Assembly (NCBI GenBank): GCA_964016885.1
Contig: OZ024740.1
Span: 105,152,001 to 105,216,000 of the forward strand
Reading direction: 5' to 3'
Length of the DNA stretch: 64,000 nt
DNA from: Eledone cirrhosa
Lineage: Eukaryota
In this document: positions 47,501 to 60,924 of the stretch, piece after piece
Layout of the letters: each line of letters opens with the position of its first letter
Position numbering within the stretch: the stretch's first letter is position 1
Program-made: the position numbers and the translations under genes
The notes under the pieces: generated by a model
Database searches by the model: none
Told to the model about the DNA's origin: nothing
Seen by the model: the letters and a program-made list of their open reading frames with translations, nothing else

Positions 47501-48946
47501 ATTGAAATACAAACAAAAAAGAATCATGATGATAATTTGAATGAAAATGAAAACTGATAAAGTAGAGAAAAACTGGGCAATTGATGACTCAGATGTGTGC
47601 AAAGGAGATAACTATACTGGTATGAATATTAATGAGTGTGGATGATAACAATTGCATAAAGAAATGTCAAGGGTTCCAAGGAGAGTAAAGCTTTGAAAGA
47701 GGAAAATGTAGGCACCTGTGGTGAATGTTGATCTAAGAATGCTGAATCTTACAAAGGAGATGACAAAGGAACACTATAAGTGGCAATATGCTGTTTTGTA
47801 ACAGACCCATCAAATCCATGCAAGCATGGAAAAGAGAACATAAAATTGATGGTGGTGATGATAAAATAACAAACCAATGTCTTTTTCCATGGTCAGCAAA
47901 ATTTTTTAGTCTTAATTGTGTGAAATTATATTTAGAAAAAAGCCTTAGATGAAAAAAAAAATAAAGCTAAAATAACCTTGTAATATTGTAAATATAAAAA
48001 GAAAAATGTGGTAGAAAAATAGTTAAAGTCTGTTTTGAGCTGGAAAGCTCATTAGTTTGGAGTTTATCCCAATTTAAGGAGCGTTAAGTGACAGAGTATG
48101 AAGTTCCTCCAAACTGGATGCCACCCCATTGCAATATTAACCATTTAGCTGCTGCCAGTGGTACACGTTTTTCAACTGAGTGAATTGGAGCAATGTGAAA
48201 TTTATTGTCTTGCTCAAGGACGCAATCAAAGTTGATAGCCAAAGTAGACCCTGCTGAGATTTGAACTTAGTAAAAGGCACTAACAATTCTGCCAATCAAC
48301 CACCCTAAATGATAATAATGATTTCTTTATTTACCACAAAGGGTTTACATGAAGAAAATATTAGGACGGCTCAAGAGAAAAACATTGTGTATGTATTTTG
48401 CATGTAAACAGGTTTAACAATGGTAAACTGAAAAATAACCTAAAAAAAAAAATTAACAATGGGAATTACTCAATAAGGAGGAGACGTTTGAGGGCTGCTC
48501 ATAGAAAAAACCCCATAAAACCATGGGTACCCTGATCTCTAGGGCAATCATCATCACTGTTTAATGCCCATTTTTCCATGCTGGCATGGATTAGACAACT
48601 TGTCTTGACTTGTGAAACAAGTCTGATAAGATGACCATGCCTTGCTCATGCAGAACTGTTTCTGGCTTGGTTTCTACGACTGGATGCCCTTCCTGATACT
48701 AACCACATTTACAGTGTGTACTGGGTTCTTTTTATTGTGGTTCCAAAATGATCACCTTACAATGTGGGCTGGGTGCTTTTTGTCATGGCATTAAAGACCA
48801 CTCTACAGTGTAGACAGTGTTTTTATTGTTGCAACAAAACCGCCACTTTACAATCTAAACTATAATAAAGTAAGAAGTGCGGGACTGCGTACGGTTTATA
48901 ATTTTTTATCCCCTTAGTAAAATAAGTTGGATTACTTTGAATAAAT

Positions 48947-49316
48947 AATTGTTTCTACTTTTGGCACAAGGCCAGCAATGACCCAGTGTATTACTGGTAC
49001 TTTATTTTATTGACTCCGTAAGGATGAAAGGCAAAGTTAACCTCGGCGGGATTTGAACTCAGATCATAAATGGATGTAACTCTATGCTTCAAAGCATGGT
49101 GTCCGACTCTACCGATACTGCCAATCCACTGCCTTACTTTGAATAAATAATTGTTTCTACTTTAGGCACAAGGTCAGCAATTACCCAGTGCATTACTGGT
49201 TCTTTATTTTATCGACCCCGTAAGGATGAAAGGCGGGATTTGAACTCAGATCGTAAAGGGACGTAACTATGCTGGAAAGCATGGCGTCCGACCCTCTACT
49301 GATACTGCCAATCCAA
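48947..49316 (-). mobile_element. Tandem pair of family-1 SINEs
   Basis: Two reverse-complement copies (about 48947-49133 and 49147-49316); ttactttgaataaataat duplicated at 48932 and 49134, consistent with one copy inserting at the tail of the other. Confidence 0.85.
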
Positions 49317-49700
49317 ATGAATGAAAATTACATACTCTATCTACTAAATTTCGTGGCTGTTCATTAAATATATTTTATTACTTATTTAAAGATTCAATTC
49401 TTTAAAATTTTCAAATGTCAACACTTCCAGTTAGCGATCGTTTAAATAAACGTATATTTCTGTCACTAATTTTCTCCTAATGCAGTTTATATATAATATT
49501 GTCTTTTTTTAATGTATCATGGATTACATTACTGATTACATAAGACAGTGTAACACAGTCTTTGTTTAATTTCTGTGTATATTGTCAATTACGATTTTAT
49601 TTGATGTATATCTACATGCATGTATACTTGTGTATAATATCAATATACACACTACACATGCTAGCAGAAAACCACCCGAGGGTGGTTTTTCTGCTAGTAA

Positions 49701-49894
49701 TAATTGTTTCTACTTTTGGCACAAGGCCAGCAATTATCCCAGTGTATTACTGGTACTTTATTTTATCGACCCCGTAAGGATGAAAGGCAAAGTTAACCTC
49801 GGCAGGATTTGAACTCAGACCATAAAGGGACATAACTCTTTTTTGCTGCAAAGCATGGCGTCTGACCCTCTACCGATACTGCCAATCCACCACC
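49701..49894 (-). mobile_element. Family-1 SINE with target-site duplication
   Basis: Full reverse-complement copy flanked by tttttctgctagtaataat at 49686 and 49896. Confidence 0.87.
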
Positions 49895-50029
49895 TTTTTT
49901 CTGCTAGTAATAATAATAATGATAACGGCTTCTAATTCAGAAACACAACAATCAATTTGCAGGAAGAGGAGAAGTCAAATCAATCCCTTACTAATAAAAG
50001 CACAAAGCTATTAAATCAGTTGGTGTCAG

Positions 50030-50535
50030 CCTCAGTATTTAACTGGTACTTGTTTTACATTTTATGGGTCATAAAGAGGACAAGGAAAATGTAATTGCTA
50101 TCACACAGTGAGAATAATAATATAACAGGTACAAAAAAAAAAAAAAAAAAAAAAAAGCACTTAATACATGTGTGAAAGTGACGTCCAAATGAGTCAGAGG
50201 AAGGGTGAAACTGACCTCAGCAGGATTTGAAGTCAGAAAGTATAAACCCATAACTAAATAATGTAAGACATTTTATCGGATGCTCTACCGATTCTGACAA
50301 ACCACCGTTGTGCTGGGGGGGGGGGGGGATTTGTTGTGTCTACTTTTGGCACATACTCAGTAATTTGAAGGGGTGGTAGGAAAGTTGATTAAATCGATCC
50401 CAGTCCATTACTGGTACTATATTTTATTATAAAGATGAAAGTCAAAGCTAACTTCATCAGGATTTGAACTCTGACAATATGCTGCAAAGCATGTTGTCCA
50501 GCGCTCTACCGATTACTGCCAATCCATCGCCCTTA
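50030..50535 (-). mobile_element. Older diverged family-1-like SINE remnants
   Basis: Recognisable ctggtactt..tttatt, ggatttgaactc and gccaatcc blocks; similar remnants near 22250, 23370, 51310 and 53610. Confidence 0.6.
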
Positions 50536-52805
50536 GCTGGGAGTAATAAGATTAGGAATGCAGATGTTTAGAAAATAACAAAAGACTTAAAGAAATGCGA
50601 TTAAAAACAATATAATTAATCAATATAGTGAGTTAAGATAATTAAAATCACAAACTGTGTGTGGTCATGTGTTTGTGTGTTTGTGTGTTTGTGTGTTTGT
50701 GCGCGTGTGCGCGTGTGTGCGCGTGTGCGCGTGTGCGTGCAAATATACATAAGTGTATTATATATGCATATATATTTATGTGTGTATGTGATGTAGTAAT
50801 TACTGTACTGTAATAATTATCCTGGCATGCTGGGGAATGTTGAGATTTAAAAATCTCAATTGAGTTTAAATTCAAAAATTGATATTCTAAAATTAACATT
50901 TTCTTTTTGCTGAGTATTTATAACTAATATTGAAATCAAATGTGTGAACAAAAAAATAAATTTATAATTTCTGTTGAATAGGTTGGCATTAGGAAGGACA
51001 TCCAGCTACAGAAACCAAACCAGAAACAGTTCTATGTGATCAAGACACAATCTGTGCGGACTTGTCTCACCATGAGATAACCTGTCTAATCCATGCTAGT
51101 GTGGAAAAATAGATATTGACCCTTTAACATTTACATACATGGTAAAGGCTTTTTCTCACATATGGAATCTGAGATTTGGATGATATTTTAAGAACAATAC
51201 CTTAATGTCAGTATGAGCAGCCTGTTATGGCTGGTTTGAACAGAAAGAGGTGAGAGAATTCTGGCTGGATACAGCTGATTTAAATGCTAAAAGGTGCAAC
51301 AGTGATGAGATTAGTTGGCAGAGTTGTTAGATCATTGGCATTTGACTTCACCTTTTGAGCTCAATTCCCACAAGTATCAACTTTGCTTTTCACCCTGTTG
51401 AGCCTGATAAATAAAGTACAAAAAGAGGGGCAATTGATTTTAGTATTGTTAAGTAGTTGGTTGAGATAGTTTGTGGTATTTCTTTTGGCTCTGTGCATTC
51501 TGAGTTCAAATTCCATCTCCTGTCACAAGAAATGCTGGGATGCTTCTGCCTAGGCATTGCACCTGGCAGATAGCATACCCTTTCTTTAGCAGGCTGGACT
51601 CTTGTGGGAAGTAATTAATGATAAAAAGCAATCATGAACATTCTTAAATACCAATTGAAATATGTGATGATTTGTACTTTTGTACTCTGTTGTAGGCAGA
51701 AGTAATGATTAGAAAAGATTAGCTGCCTATATATGATAAATTGATCAATGTCTGGGCGTTGACAGTATATGTGCTAAGGTGTATAAATGCTTATGCAGCT
51801 TATAGGAAATAAGACCGCATTAGATATATACATTGCCTTGAATTAAACAGGATAGAAAGAACATTTCACAATTCTCGCTAATTTCTTCTTTACATTATCA
51901 TGTTTGTGTTTTTATATATTTGTTATATCATATACAGACATGCTCAGACACACCTGAACTCCAGAGATGCAATCCACTAAAAATTTCACAGTTCAACTTT
52001 GTATAACCAAACAAATACATATTTACATAATCTGATCAACTACACTGATTTGGGAATTCTAGCTTTTGGAAGAAGAAAAAAAAATATATATAGATTGTTT
52101 GAGCCAATGATTGTAAGGGGGGGGGGGAGCTCAAACATGTTTGTAGTGTGTATGGAAGAGAAGCTTAAACATGTTTGTATACTGAGTCACAGAGAGAGAG
52201 AGAGTGAGAAAGAAAGAGAAAGAGAGAAAGACAAAGATAGATAGATAGAGAGAGAGAGAGAAAGAGAGAGAAAGAAAGAGAGAGAAAGAAAGAGAAATTT
52301 GTAGTTGCGAATTCTGCCTTTCGAAAATATATTTGTAAACTGTTTGAGTCCGAGTGTTTGTTGGAGTGACTCTGGCATGTTTGTAGACTGAGTCAGTATA
52401 TGTGGAGGAATGTGTCTTAGACATGTTTGTAGATATGATGGATCCCTGTGATAAGGGCTTTGAGAGAGATTTTGCAAAGTTGAACAAGATTGCTTTTGGA
52501 ACTTGGGTTGTGCGAGTTCCTAAAAAATTTCAACACTTTAATATTGAAATGGATCTTATATTCTCAATTTAGTCTTTTGAATAAAGATAATGGTATAACA
52601 TGAATTTTTAAAGTAGCTTTCCCTCTTTGTAGGAAACTAGAATATACCAAGTTTCTATTTTCTTTTGAGACAAAGACATTAAAAAGATTCCGACTATTAT
52701 CCTAATGTATACCTGCAATAAAATCACAGTTTATATATTTGTAATTTGATTGTATGGTTCTTTTTATCTCTTTAATAAAAAGCCAAATTTAACAATTATA
52801 AATAA

Positions 52806-52990
52806 ATGTTTCAACTTTTGGCACAGGGCCAGCAATTACCCCAGAGCATTACTGGTGCTTTATTTTATTGACCCCGTAAGGATGAATGGCAAAGTTAACC
52901 TCGGCGGGATTTGAACTCAAAACGTAAAGGGCTATCACAATGCTGCAAAGCATGGTGTCTGACACTACCGATACTGCCAATCCACTGCCA
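52806..52990 (-). mobile_element. Family-1 SINE
   Basis: Reverse-complement copy flanked by direct repeat aacaattataaataa. Confidence 0.85.
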
Positions 52991-54100
52991 TAAACAATTA
53001 TAAATAATGAACAGAAATTATGATTCTCTGAAGGGTGGTTAGTATGTGAAGCTTTTTGTTTCTGAAATCTGTATTGATATGGGGCATTAAATTGGATGTT
53101 TGATTTATTTAACCCTTTTGTTACCAAACTGTGAACCATCTCTGTTTATTTTTGAATTGTTTGTATTTATTTAAAAACCTTCCAACTATAATGATAAAGT
53201 TAGTTATATCTTTAAATTCCTTTAAATCTTGATTATTTTCAAAATTATTTGAAAACAATAGGCAGTGTATTTAATTAGAAATGAAGCAACAAAAAGGTTA
53301 AATTTTAAATGGACACACTATCAAAATCGGACATAGCCGGCATCCTTGTTCATTTCATAGGAAAACTAGACAGGTCCCAGTATTGAGCCATGACAATACC
53401 TGCAGAGCTACTTGTTTGCTGACGTTGTAAAATAATGCAATAGAAGAGAGCTGTGGGGTTTATTTTAGGATGGAAGCCATCAGATATTCAGAAGCCCTTT
53501 CATGGCTCTCCAATTATAAAGACGCTATTTGAAGGGGGATTTGGTTGTCATTTTTAGCAGCACATGCAATCACATAGAGGGTCTTTCATTGACTTTGTGT
53601 ATCAGAGTGCAGTGGAGTGGTAGAAATGGTAGAGTGCTAAAGTATGAGTGTATCAAGCTATGACCCACTATCTTTTGTAAATCAACTTTGCCTTTTATCT
53701 CTTTGGAGCGTTGATAGAATAAGTACCAGTCATATTTTGGTGTTGTGTCCATCACCTATTCTACCAATATAAATTTTCCATGTTGCCTGTTGCTAGAGCC
53801 CATTTAACCAAACCTAAATATGAGAGATAAATATATTCTGATTCTTATCTTCACTACATCTGATGAGCAAATCAATCCCAGAGTTGAAATTGATTGTAAT
53901 TGATTAAGGGTCTGAATTGGGCTTTTGCAAAACACATAGCACATGATTATGAATAGTGTATGTTAAACTGAAATGTTGACCTCTCTGTACGTATGTGTAG
54001 GTGTGTGTATGTATATATATATATATATATATAAGATGTTACCAGTAAGACCATTATTTAACTTCATACTCTATACTTAGGGTAGTAGAGTGGGTAATAT

Positions 54101-54217
54101 GAAAAGAGTCAGGACCCCGACGGCTGAGCTTCGATCGTTTCAACAGCTAGATCTAAACAGTTCGGATCTAGTTGTCAAAACGTGCGGAGCTCAGCTGTCG
54201 GGGTCCTGACTCTTTTC
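54101..54217. repeat. 117-bp palindrome related to the 40057/45137 inverted repeats
   Basis: gaaaagagtcaggaccccgacggctgagct ... agctcagctgtcggggtcctgactcttttc. Confidence 0.8.
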
Positions 54218-54248
54218 CCATCTATCTATCTATCTATCTATCTATCTC

Positions 54249-55170
54249 TCAGGCGCTCACAGTCCTCTGGCAAGCGGGCGCAGCAATCAGTGGAGACTCC
54301 ACTTCGACATTCTATAGAGGGATTGTACGTTACAAGGGCGACGACGTGCTCGGAGAGACTCTGGGCGTCGAAGACGATGAGCTCACCAGTCTGTTTGGTA
54401 GGACTTTCCGCCCGGGACCTATGGACAACTTCCAGAGGTCCCTGGCCTGGCAGTGCTACCGAGGAGCTCTACCGGTTCGTGACAAGATCTACAGGCACGG
54501 ACGCCCTGGCAGGGATCCTTCCAAGAGGACGTGTCCAAGATGTGCGCAGGACATTGAAACAGTTCTGCACGCAATTGTACACTGCCCGGGCGTAACCAAT
54601 CTGTGGAACTATGCAGAACAACTGCTGTCGCGTATGGGACAAATCCAGTTGACTGCCAAGTCCATAGTAAGGATCAAACCGCCAGACTCTTTCAAAAACG
54701 AAAGAGAGGCGGTTTTCCTCTGTACGGTGGCTATGGTGAAAGAAGTTATATGGTGGACGAGGTTGAGAGGACTGAGGACAGATGCCTTTCTCTCCGGACA
54801 ACAATTGATTCCCTTCTTTAGAAGGAGAATCAGGGTGGAGAGAGAGGCACTGCACCCCAGTAAATTTACTGAAAGGTGGGTGAATGAAGCGAAAATGGCC
54901 CGAGTGATTGGGCCTTCTCTGTTTATAAGCCTGTAGGTTGAGGAAGAGAGCAAAAGGAAGAAAGGAGCACTTGCACAACACGCTCCTCGAGTTGAGGGTT
55001 GTTCTATCGACGGGGTATTAAACAACCCATTTGTGGCGCCTCCCCACTATTGGGGATTTCGATTGTTGAAATTGTTTGTTTTTATATTTTTTACACGACT
55101 GTATGTAAAATCCCCGGCATGTCTTTGTATTGTCCCCTTTCTTGTTGCGCCCTTGTGGCTAATAAAGAAA
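54249..55170 (+). mobile_element. Tx1/L1-clade LINE, 5'-truncated copy (ORF2 C-terminal Zn-binding region plus 3' UTR)
   Basis: LAWQCYRGALPVRDK..CPRCAQDIETVLHAIVHCP (zf-RVT-like); AATAAA at the 3' end; flanked by (TCTA)n/(TC)n. Confidence 0.88.
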
Positions 55171-55418
55171 TCTATCTATCTCTCTCTCTCTCTCTCTCTA
55201 CCAGACGTGTGTAACTTCGGAGAAGTTTCCGTTATTTTATGTAAGAAAAAAACGTGAGTTTTCAGTTAAATTTTATATTATTGTGTAACTTAACCCCCGT
55301 CTGGACCTTTAGGTGGTGGGTCAACTCATTTTCGCCCCTACAGGGGCGAAATATTCGTTTGAAAAATTTTTTCTCCATCGAATTTTGGAAAAAATATCGT
55401 AAGAAGTTCGATTACGTT

Positions 55419-57288
55419 ATGAACGCTGCGTTCAACGATAATGGTGGTGGAGAGTCGGTAAGACTACATAGCTCGCAGTCAACATCGTCTTCTTCCCTTT
55501 CCTTCTCAATAGATACTATGGAGATGGAAAGAGGAAATGAAATTGTAAAAACAAATTCATATCCAAACAACACAAATGACACCAAACAGTACAATGACAA
55601 CAAAAATAACAACACCAATAATGATGATAAAAACAACAATGACAACAACAACAAAGAAAAAAATAAAGACAACACCAATAATACCAGCATCAAAGACAAC
55701 AACAACACCAAGGAAAATACGAACAATATCAACATAAGTGACAACAAGAATAACAACAACGATAACAACAATAATGACAACACCACCAACACGGATAATT
55801 CCACAAAGAAACCGAAAATCTCCTTTGCACAGACAGTTCAGAAAAAGGAGGATCTGACATATCTCGACATAACAAATGCCGAACAACTTTTAAAGGACGC
55901 TAGGAGAAATGTTACTTTCGAAAAGAATGGTGCTTTCAGCATCAATTCTCTGGTAGAAATTCGCAAGGAAATTGCTCTCAAAACGATACTTTTTAGGACA
56001 GTTTCTAATTCTACCCGAAAACCAGTCCAATTGTCACAGAAAGAAATTGAACTGGTTTTCAAAAATTCAATGAATATTTCATTCATTCAAAGAAGCAAAT
56101 TCTTTGGGAGTATTTCGGTACTTATGAAGGATCAATTGACGGCCCAAAATTATTCTGTGTCGCCAATTGTATCCAACCTGTATTCCCTTTTCCTTACATA
56201 CATGGGAAAACGGACACAAAAGATTAGAATCACGAGTGTCACACCAAAGGTAAACATATGGTGGATACTGTGCGGCTTCATCAATTTTGATGAAGACAGA
56301 ATAATTTCTGTAGGAAAGTCTCCCAGAGATGTATTCAACTAGCGTTGAAGTTCTGGTGCAAATGAGCCCAGAGCGAATAGCTATGATCCCACAACGTGTA
56401 CTCATCGACGGACTCACCTACATAAACTTTTCGGTTGAGGGTAGGCGGCCTTCATGTTACCACTGCTTTAGCAGGGGTCACCCGAGGGCTTCCTGTCCTA
56501 AATTAATGAGTAAAAAAAGACTCTTCTGCCGACACCCATCAAAATAACACAACCAACAACAACAACAACAACACACAAATAACCACAACAAACAGTCCCA
56601 CCCAACCCCACTCCACCTAAAACCACTGCAAAATCACATACAGACAACAGCTCCCCAAGACATACCCCTCCCCAATCACACAGACGATACAACAGATGAG
56701 GCTATCTCGCCATCACCCAGTGAAGACGAGGGAGAACCCCATCGCTCGAAAAGAAAGAAAAGACATCACAAAAGCAAAAAACCAGCAAACACTACCACAA
56801 ACATACAACCACCAACACAAACAACAAAAACATCACAAACAAAACCCCCACGTCCTGAAAACAAAATACCTACAACAAAACGAAACCACACAAGAACTAC
56901 AGACAAAAACAAACAATACAAGAAAATTACACTTACACTTACATAAACACTGAAAACAAAACACTAATGGAGACCATCACAAACAACCCTTCGGTGAAAA
57001 CCGAAGGGAAAACTTTGGCCCACTATTAAAAATAACAAAAAACTGAACCTAAAACTGATTAGGGTCCCTATACAAACTTATAGGTCCCTAAAAGAAACAT
57101 TTGAAAAGGATGTGGGGAATTCCTGCGTGAAACCACTAAACCGCATCCTTCTCAAATGTCTCCCCACCCCAAATACCCCCACCAAACATCTCCGTCCCCA
57201 TCCCGCCGGAAACCACCACCCACCCAGACAACCCCTCCAACACCCCCATGGAAATCGTGCAGCCTGGTCCCCAGTAGACGAAGGGTGA
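55419..57288 (+). pseudogene. Tx1 ORF1 (Asn-rich N-terminus, CCHC zinc knuckle CYHCFSRGHPRASC), frameshifted
   Basis: ATG at 55419 in ORF 55254-56342; the knuckle is in the next frame preceded by FSVEGRRPS; 3' end uncertain. Confidence 0.7.
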
Positions 57289-57323
57289 GTGATTTCTCTT
57301 CCTCTTAACTTTTCAGCACCAAC

Positions 57324-60300
57324 ATGGCCAATATAAGAGTTGGATGTGTGAACGTACGCGGCCTGTGGATGCCCTGCAAACAGGGCAAACTCTTAAACGA
57401 CCTCAGGTCGCACAGTATGGATGTAGTAGTCATTTGCGAGTCCAGGATCCACAGCGAGCGACAGCTAGCCCCCATCTCGATGACTTTCAGATCTACGCAT
57501 CTCTCTGTCGGCCGGGAGGTGGGGGCGGGGTTGCCATTTTGCTGCGAAAACACCTGGGCCTCGTAACACAGACGGTACATCTGGACCCGGAGGGTCGACT
57601 GGTGGTCCTAGACGTTGACGGTAGTGAAGGTGGAGCCTTCAGCCTGGTGGCTGCATATGCCCCATCCGGGACACCGCGGTCAGACTTCTTCAAACGTCTA
57701 GAGACTTTTCTGGGAACGTCCCGCTCCTTGCTTTTAGTGGGGGACTGGAATGGAATCCTAGATGCACGTTGGGACTATGTGGGAGCATGTCTCGATAAAG
57801 GGGGGGGGGGTGTAACAGCCTCAAACAGTTAATCGACCGATTTGACCTGGCCGATAGATATCGACTAGATTTTCCAACTGTGTCACTGTGGACGTGGACT
57901 AATCGCAGCGGAACATCTAGATCGTACCTAGATAGGGTTCTAGTTAGAAATAAGGATAGGGACATGTTAAGCTGTCCACAAATGTTCATGGTTGTCTATT
58001 CAGATCACAAACTAGTGACCTGCATGGCCAACCTTGATAGAACCCATAGACAAGGACCCGGCTACTGGAAGCTGAACTTGTCATTACCGACATGCAAAGA
58101 CTACAGTAGACGGATTAGCACTTTAGTTAAACAGCACTTGACAGGGTGGTACTCTCTCAAGAGGGCAGTTAGATTAGACTCGTTAGTTTTTAGTAAAGAA
58201 TTAGCGTTAGATAGAAATAGAACCGAGAAGGAACTGGTAGATAAAATAGAAGAGGCAATTAGAAGTGGCAACGAAGCCAGCGTGCTAGCAACGAGAACGG
58301 CCTTGGACCAGTTCTTCGACGCAAAGCACGAGGGCTGCGTTGTCAGAAGCAAAATACGTGCTCTGGGAAACGAGGGAGCCAAAGCTGTTAACTGGGCCCG
58401 AGTGACGGAGGCAAAAAGTGGTAACAAGTCCACGATTCGGTCTTTGAAGGACCAAAACGGACGCGTGATACGTGAGCCGAAGCAGATGTGGGCAGCCTTT
58501 CAGCGGTACTTTGCTCAACAGTTCGGGCAGGGCGGCGCGCCGGGAGGGTCTATGGATTTCGGTCCATACCTCGACGGCCTACCGGACAGCGAGACAAAGT
58601 TCTGCGAAAAGCGGATTTCAGCCGCTGAGCCAATGCGGCAAACGCAAATCTCCAGGTCTCGACGGTCTACCCTACGAATTTTACGTAGCAATGCCGGACT
58701 TATTCTCCGGTCTCCTGGAAGCGGTCTACTGCAACTGGCAACAGAACGGGAGAATTCCTAGTTCTGTGACCGGGGCGTAGTCACACTAGTCAGGAAGGAC
58801 GAGAATAAGGGGGATGACATAGGCAACTTCCGGCCCATAACTTTGCTAAACACAGAGTTACAGATTTTGGCCAAGGTGTTGGCAAAGAGGCTGGCGCTTG
58901 TCGTCGAGAACCTGGTGGGAGAAGCGCAGACATGCGCAATCCCGACCAGGTCCATACACGACAACCTCCACCTCATGCGATACATCATAGAGAGGGTAGG
59001 GTGTAAACACGGCTTCGGTGGGGCCCTGATCAACTTGTATCAGTCTAAGGCTTTCTATAGGGTTGACCATCGTTACCTGGATGCGGTGCTCGAGGCGGCA
59101 GGCTTCGGACCCCTGTTCAGGGGCTGGATTGCTGCAATGAACAACAGCAACATCTGCTCAAGGGTCAAGGTGAACGGCTACCTCTCGGAGCCGTACCATA
59201 TCACGCGATCCATTCGACAGGGATGCCCTCTCTCCTCCCTTCTGTACGTACTGACTCTCGAGCCACTACTGCGGAAGTTGGAGCTATTGCAGGGCATCCC
59301 TCTGGAACCGGGACTGCGGAAAGTGGCGTCGGCCTACGCTGACGACGTGACAGTAATGGTGTTGAGCGCCTTGCAAATCGAGGAAGTCGGCACCTTACTG
59401 AAGGAATACGAAAGTTTCACAGGAGCGAAGCTGAACAAGTCCATCGGTTTGCAACTCGGATCGTGGAGAGGCAAACCGATGCCTTCCGCTGGCGTCGTCG
59501 GACGCTGGACAGAAGGACCGGTAAAGCTTCTCGGGGTCTGGTTTGGTCCGGACCTCCAGGTGGAGAAGAACTGGAACGAGGTGACGGCCAAGGTGTTTGC
59601 ACTCACCCAGAAATAGGCCGAGTGCAAACTATCCTTGAAAGGTCGAGCGGAGGTGGCGAACACTTATAGCGTCCGCCATCTACTACCGCTTGACTGTCGT
59701 GCCTTGCCCAGCCAAAACGCTCACCAAAATGGAGCGCGCGCTCTTCCAATTCCTTTGGAAGAGGCGGGCTCCTTTGGTGAGGAGATCCATCTGCTGCCAA
59801 CACCCTTCCAACGGAGGGCTGGGGATGCCGTGGCTGACGATGCGCAAACACGCACTCAGGCTGCGGCATCTCTACGTATTCTTCACCGGACAACCGGTGT
59901 AGGCCCCGTTCGTGAGGCGAACCTTCCCACGACTCGTCTCGCTGACCGAGCTGCAGTCCTGGGTCAAGCAAAGACCGAGGAAAATGGGCGACTGGCACAT
60001 CGAATGTGCTCAGGCGCTCACAGCCCTCTGGCAGGCGGACCCGGCGATCAGTGGAGACCACTTCGTCATTCTATAGAGGGTTGATCCGGAGCAAGTGCGA
60101 CGACACGCTCGGTGAAACTCTAGGCGTAGAGGAAGATGAACTGGCCAGTCTGTTCGGTAGGACCTTCCGCCCGGGACCGATGGAGAACTTCCAAAAGTCA
60201 CAGGCCTGGCAGTGCTACTGAGGAGCTCTACCAGTTCGAGACAAGCTCTACAGACATGGGCGCCCGGGCAGGGACCCTGCAAAAAAGATCTGTCCGAAGT

Positions 60301-60705
60301 GCGTTCGAGACGAAGAAACCGTCACGCACGCATTCATACACTGCCCGGGCGTCACCGACCTGTGGGGCTATGTAGAACGACTATTGTCGCGGGTGGGACC
60401 AATCCGGTTTACGACAGAGTCCATTGTCATGATCAAACCACCACCCTCCTTCAAAAACGAAGGAGAGGCGGTTTTCCTTTGTGTGATAGCTATGGCGAAA
60501 GAGGTTGTATGGTGGACAAGGTTGAAAGGGCTGAGGTCAGACACCTTTCTCTCCGGCCAACAACTGATTCTGTTTTTCAAATACCACTTTGGAAGAAGAA
60601 TCAGGATGGAGAGAGGTGCTGTACCCCAGCAAGTTTTATGAAAGGTGAGTGAAAGTGGCGAGAATGACCCGAGTGAATGGGCCTTCTCTCTATATCAGCC
60701 TGTAG
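57324..60705 (+). pseudogene. Tx1 ORF2: AP endonuclease, reverse transcriptase, C-terminal zinc finger; several frameshifts and stops
   Basis: CVNVRGL, GGGVAIL, AYAPS, VGDWNG, SYLDRVL, SDHKLV, GPGYWKLN, KSPGLDGLPYEFY, NFRPITLLN, IRQGCPLS, AYADDV, GGLGMP. Confidence 0.92.
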
Positions 60706-60924
60706 GTTGAGGAAAAGAGTACAAACTCTTCGTACTCCTGGAGATGAGGGTTGCACATATGAACTGTCTCCCCCTTTTGGGGAAAATCGACTAATTTTTA
60801 AATTGCATTTGTGATAATATTTTACACGTTTTTATTGTATGTAAACTTCCCCCTTTGTATTTGTCCCCTTCTTTTGTGCCCCTGTGGCTAATAAAGAAAC
60901 ATATCTATCTATCTATCTCTCTTT

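Larger units (their letters stand above)
55201..60899 (+). mobile_element. Near full-length Tx1/L1-clade LINE (5' UTR, ORF1, ORF2, 3' UTR), inactivated
   Basis: ORF1 with CCHC knuckle, APE-RT-Zn finger ORF2, terminal AATAAA, microsatellite flanks. Confidence 0.93.

Noticed and set aside
46685-47602. 305-aa minus-strand ORF of RLLSSF(S/C) repeats overlapping the PKA-RII exon
   Set aside because: Minisatellite read-through; it crosses the exon in a different frame from CAEAYDP
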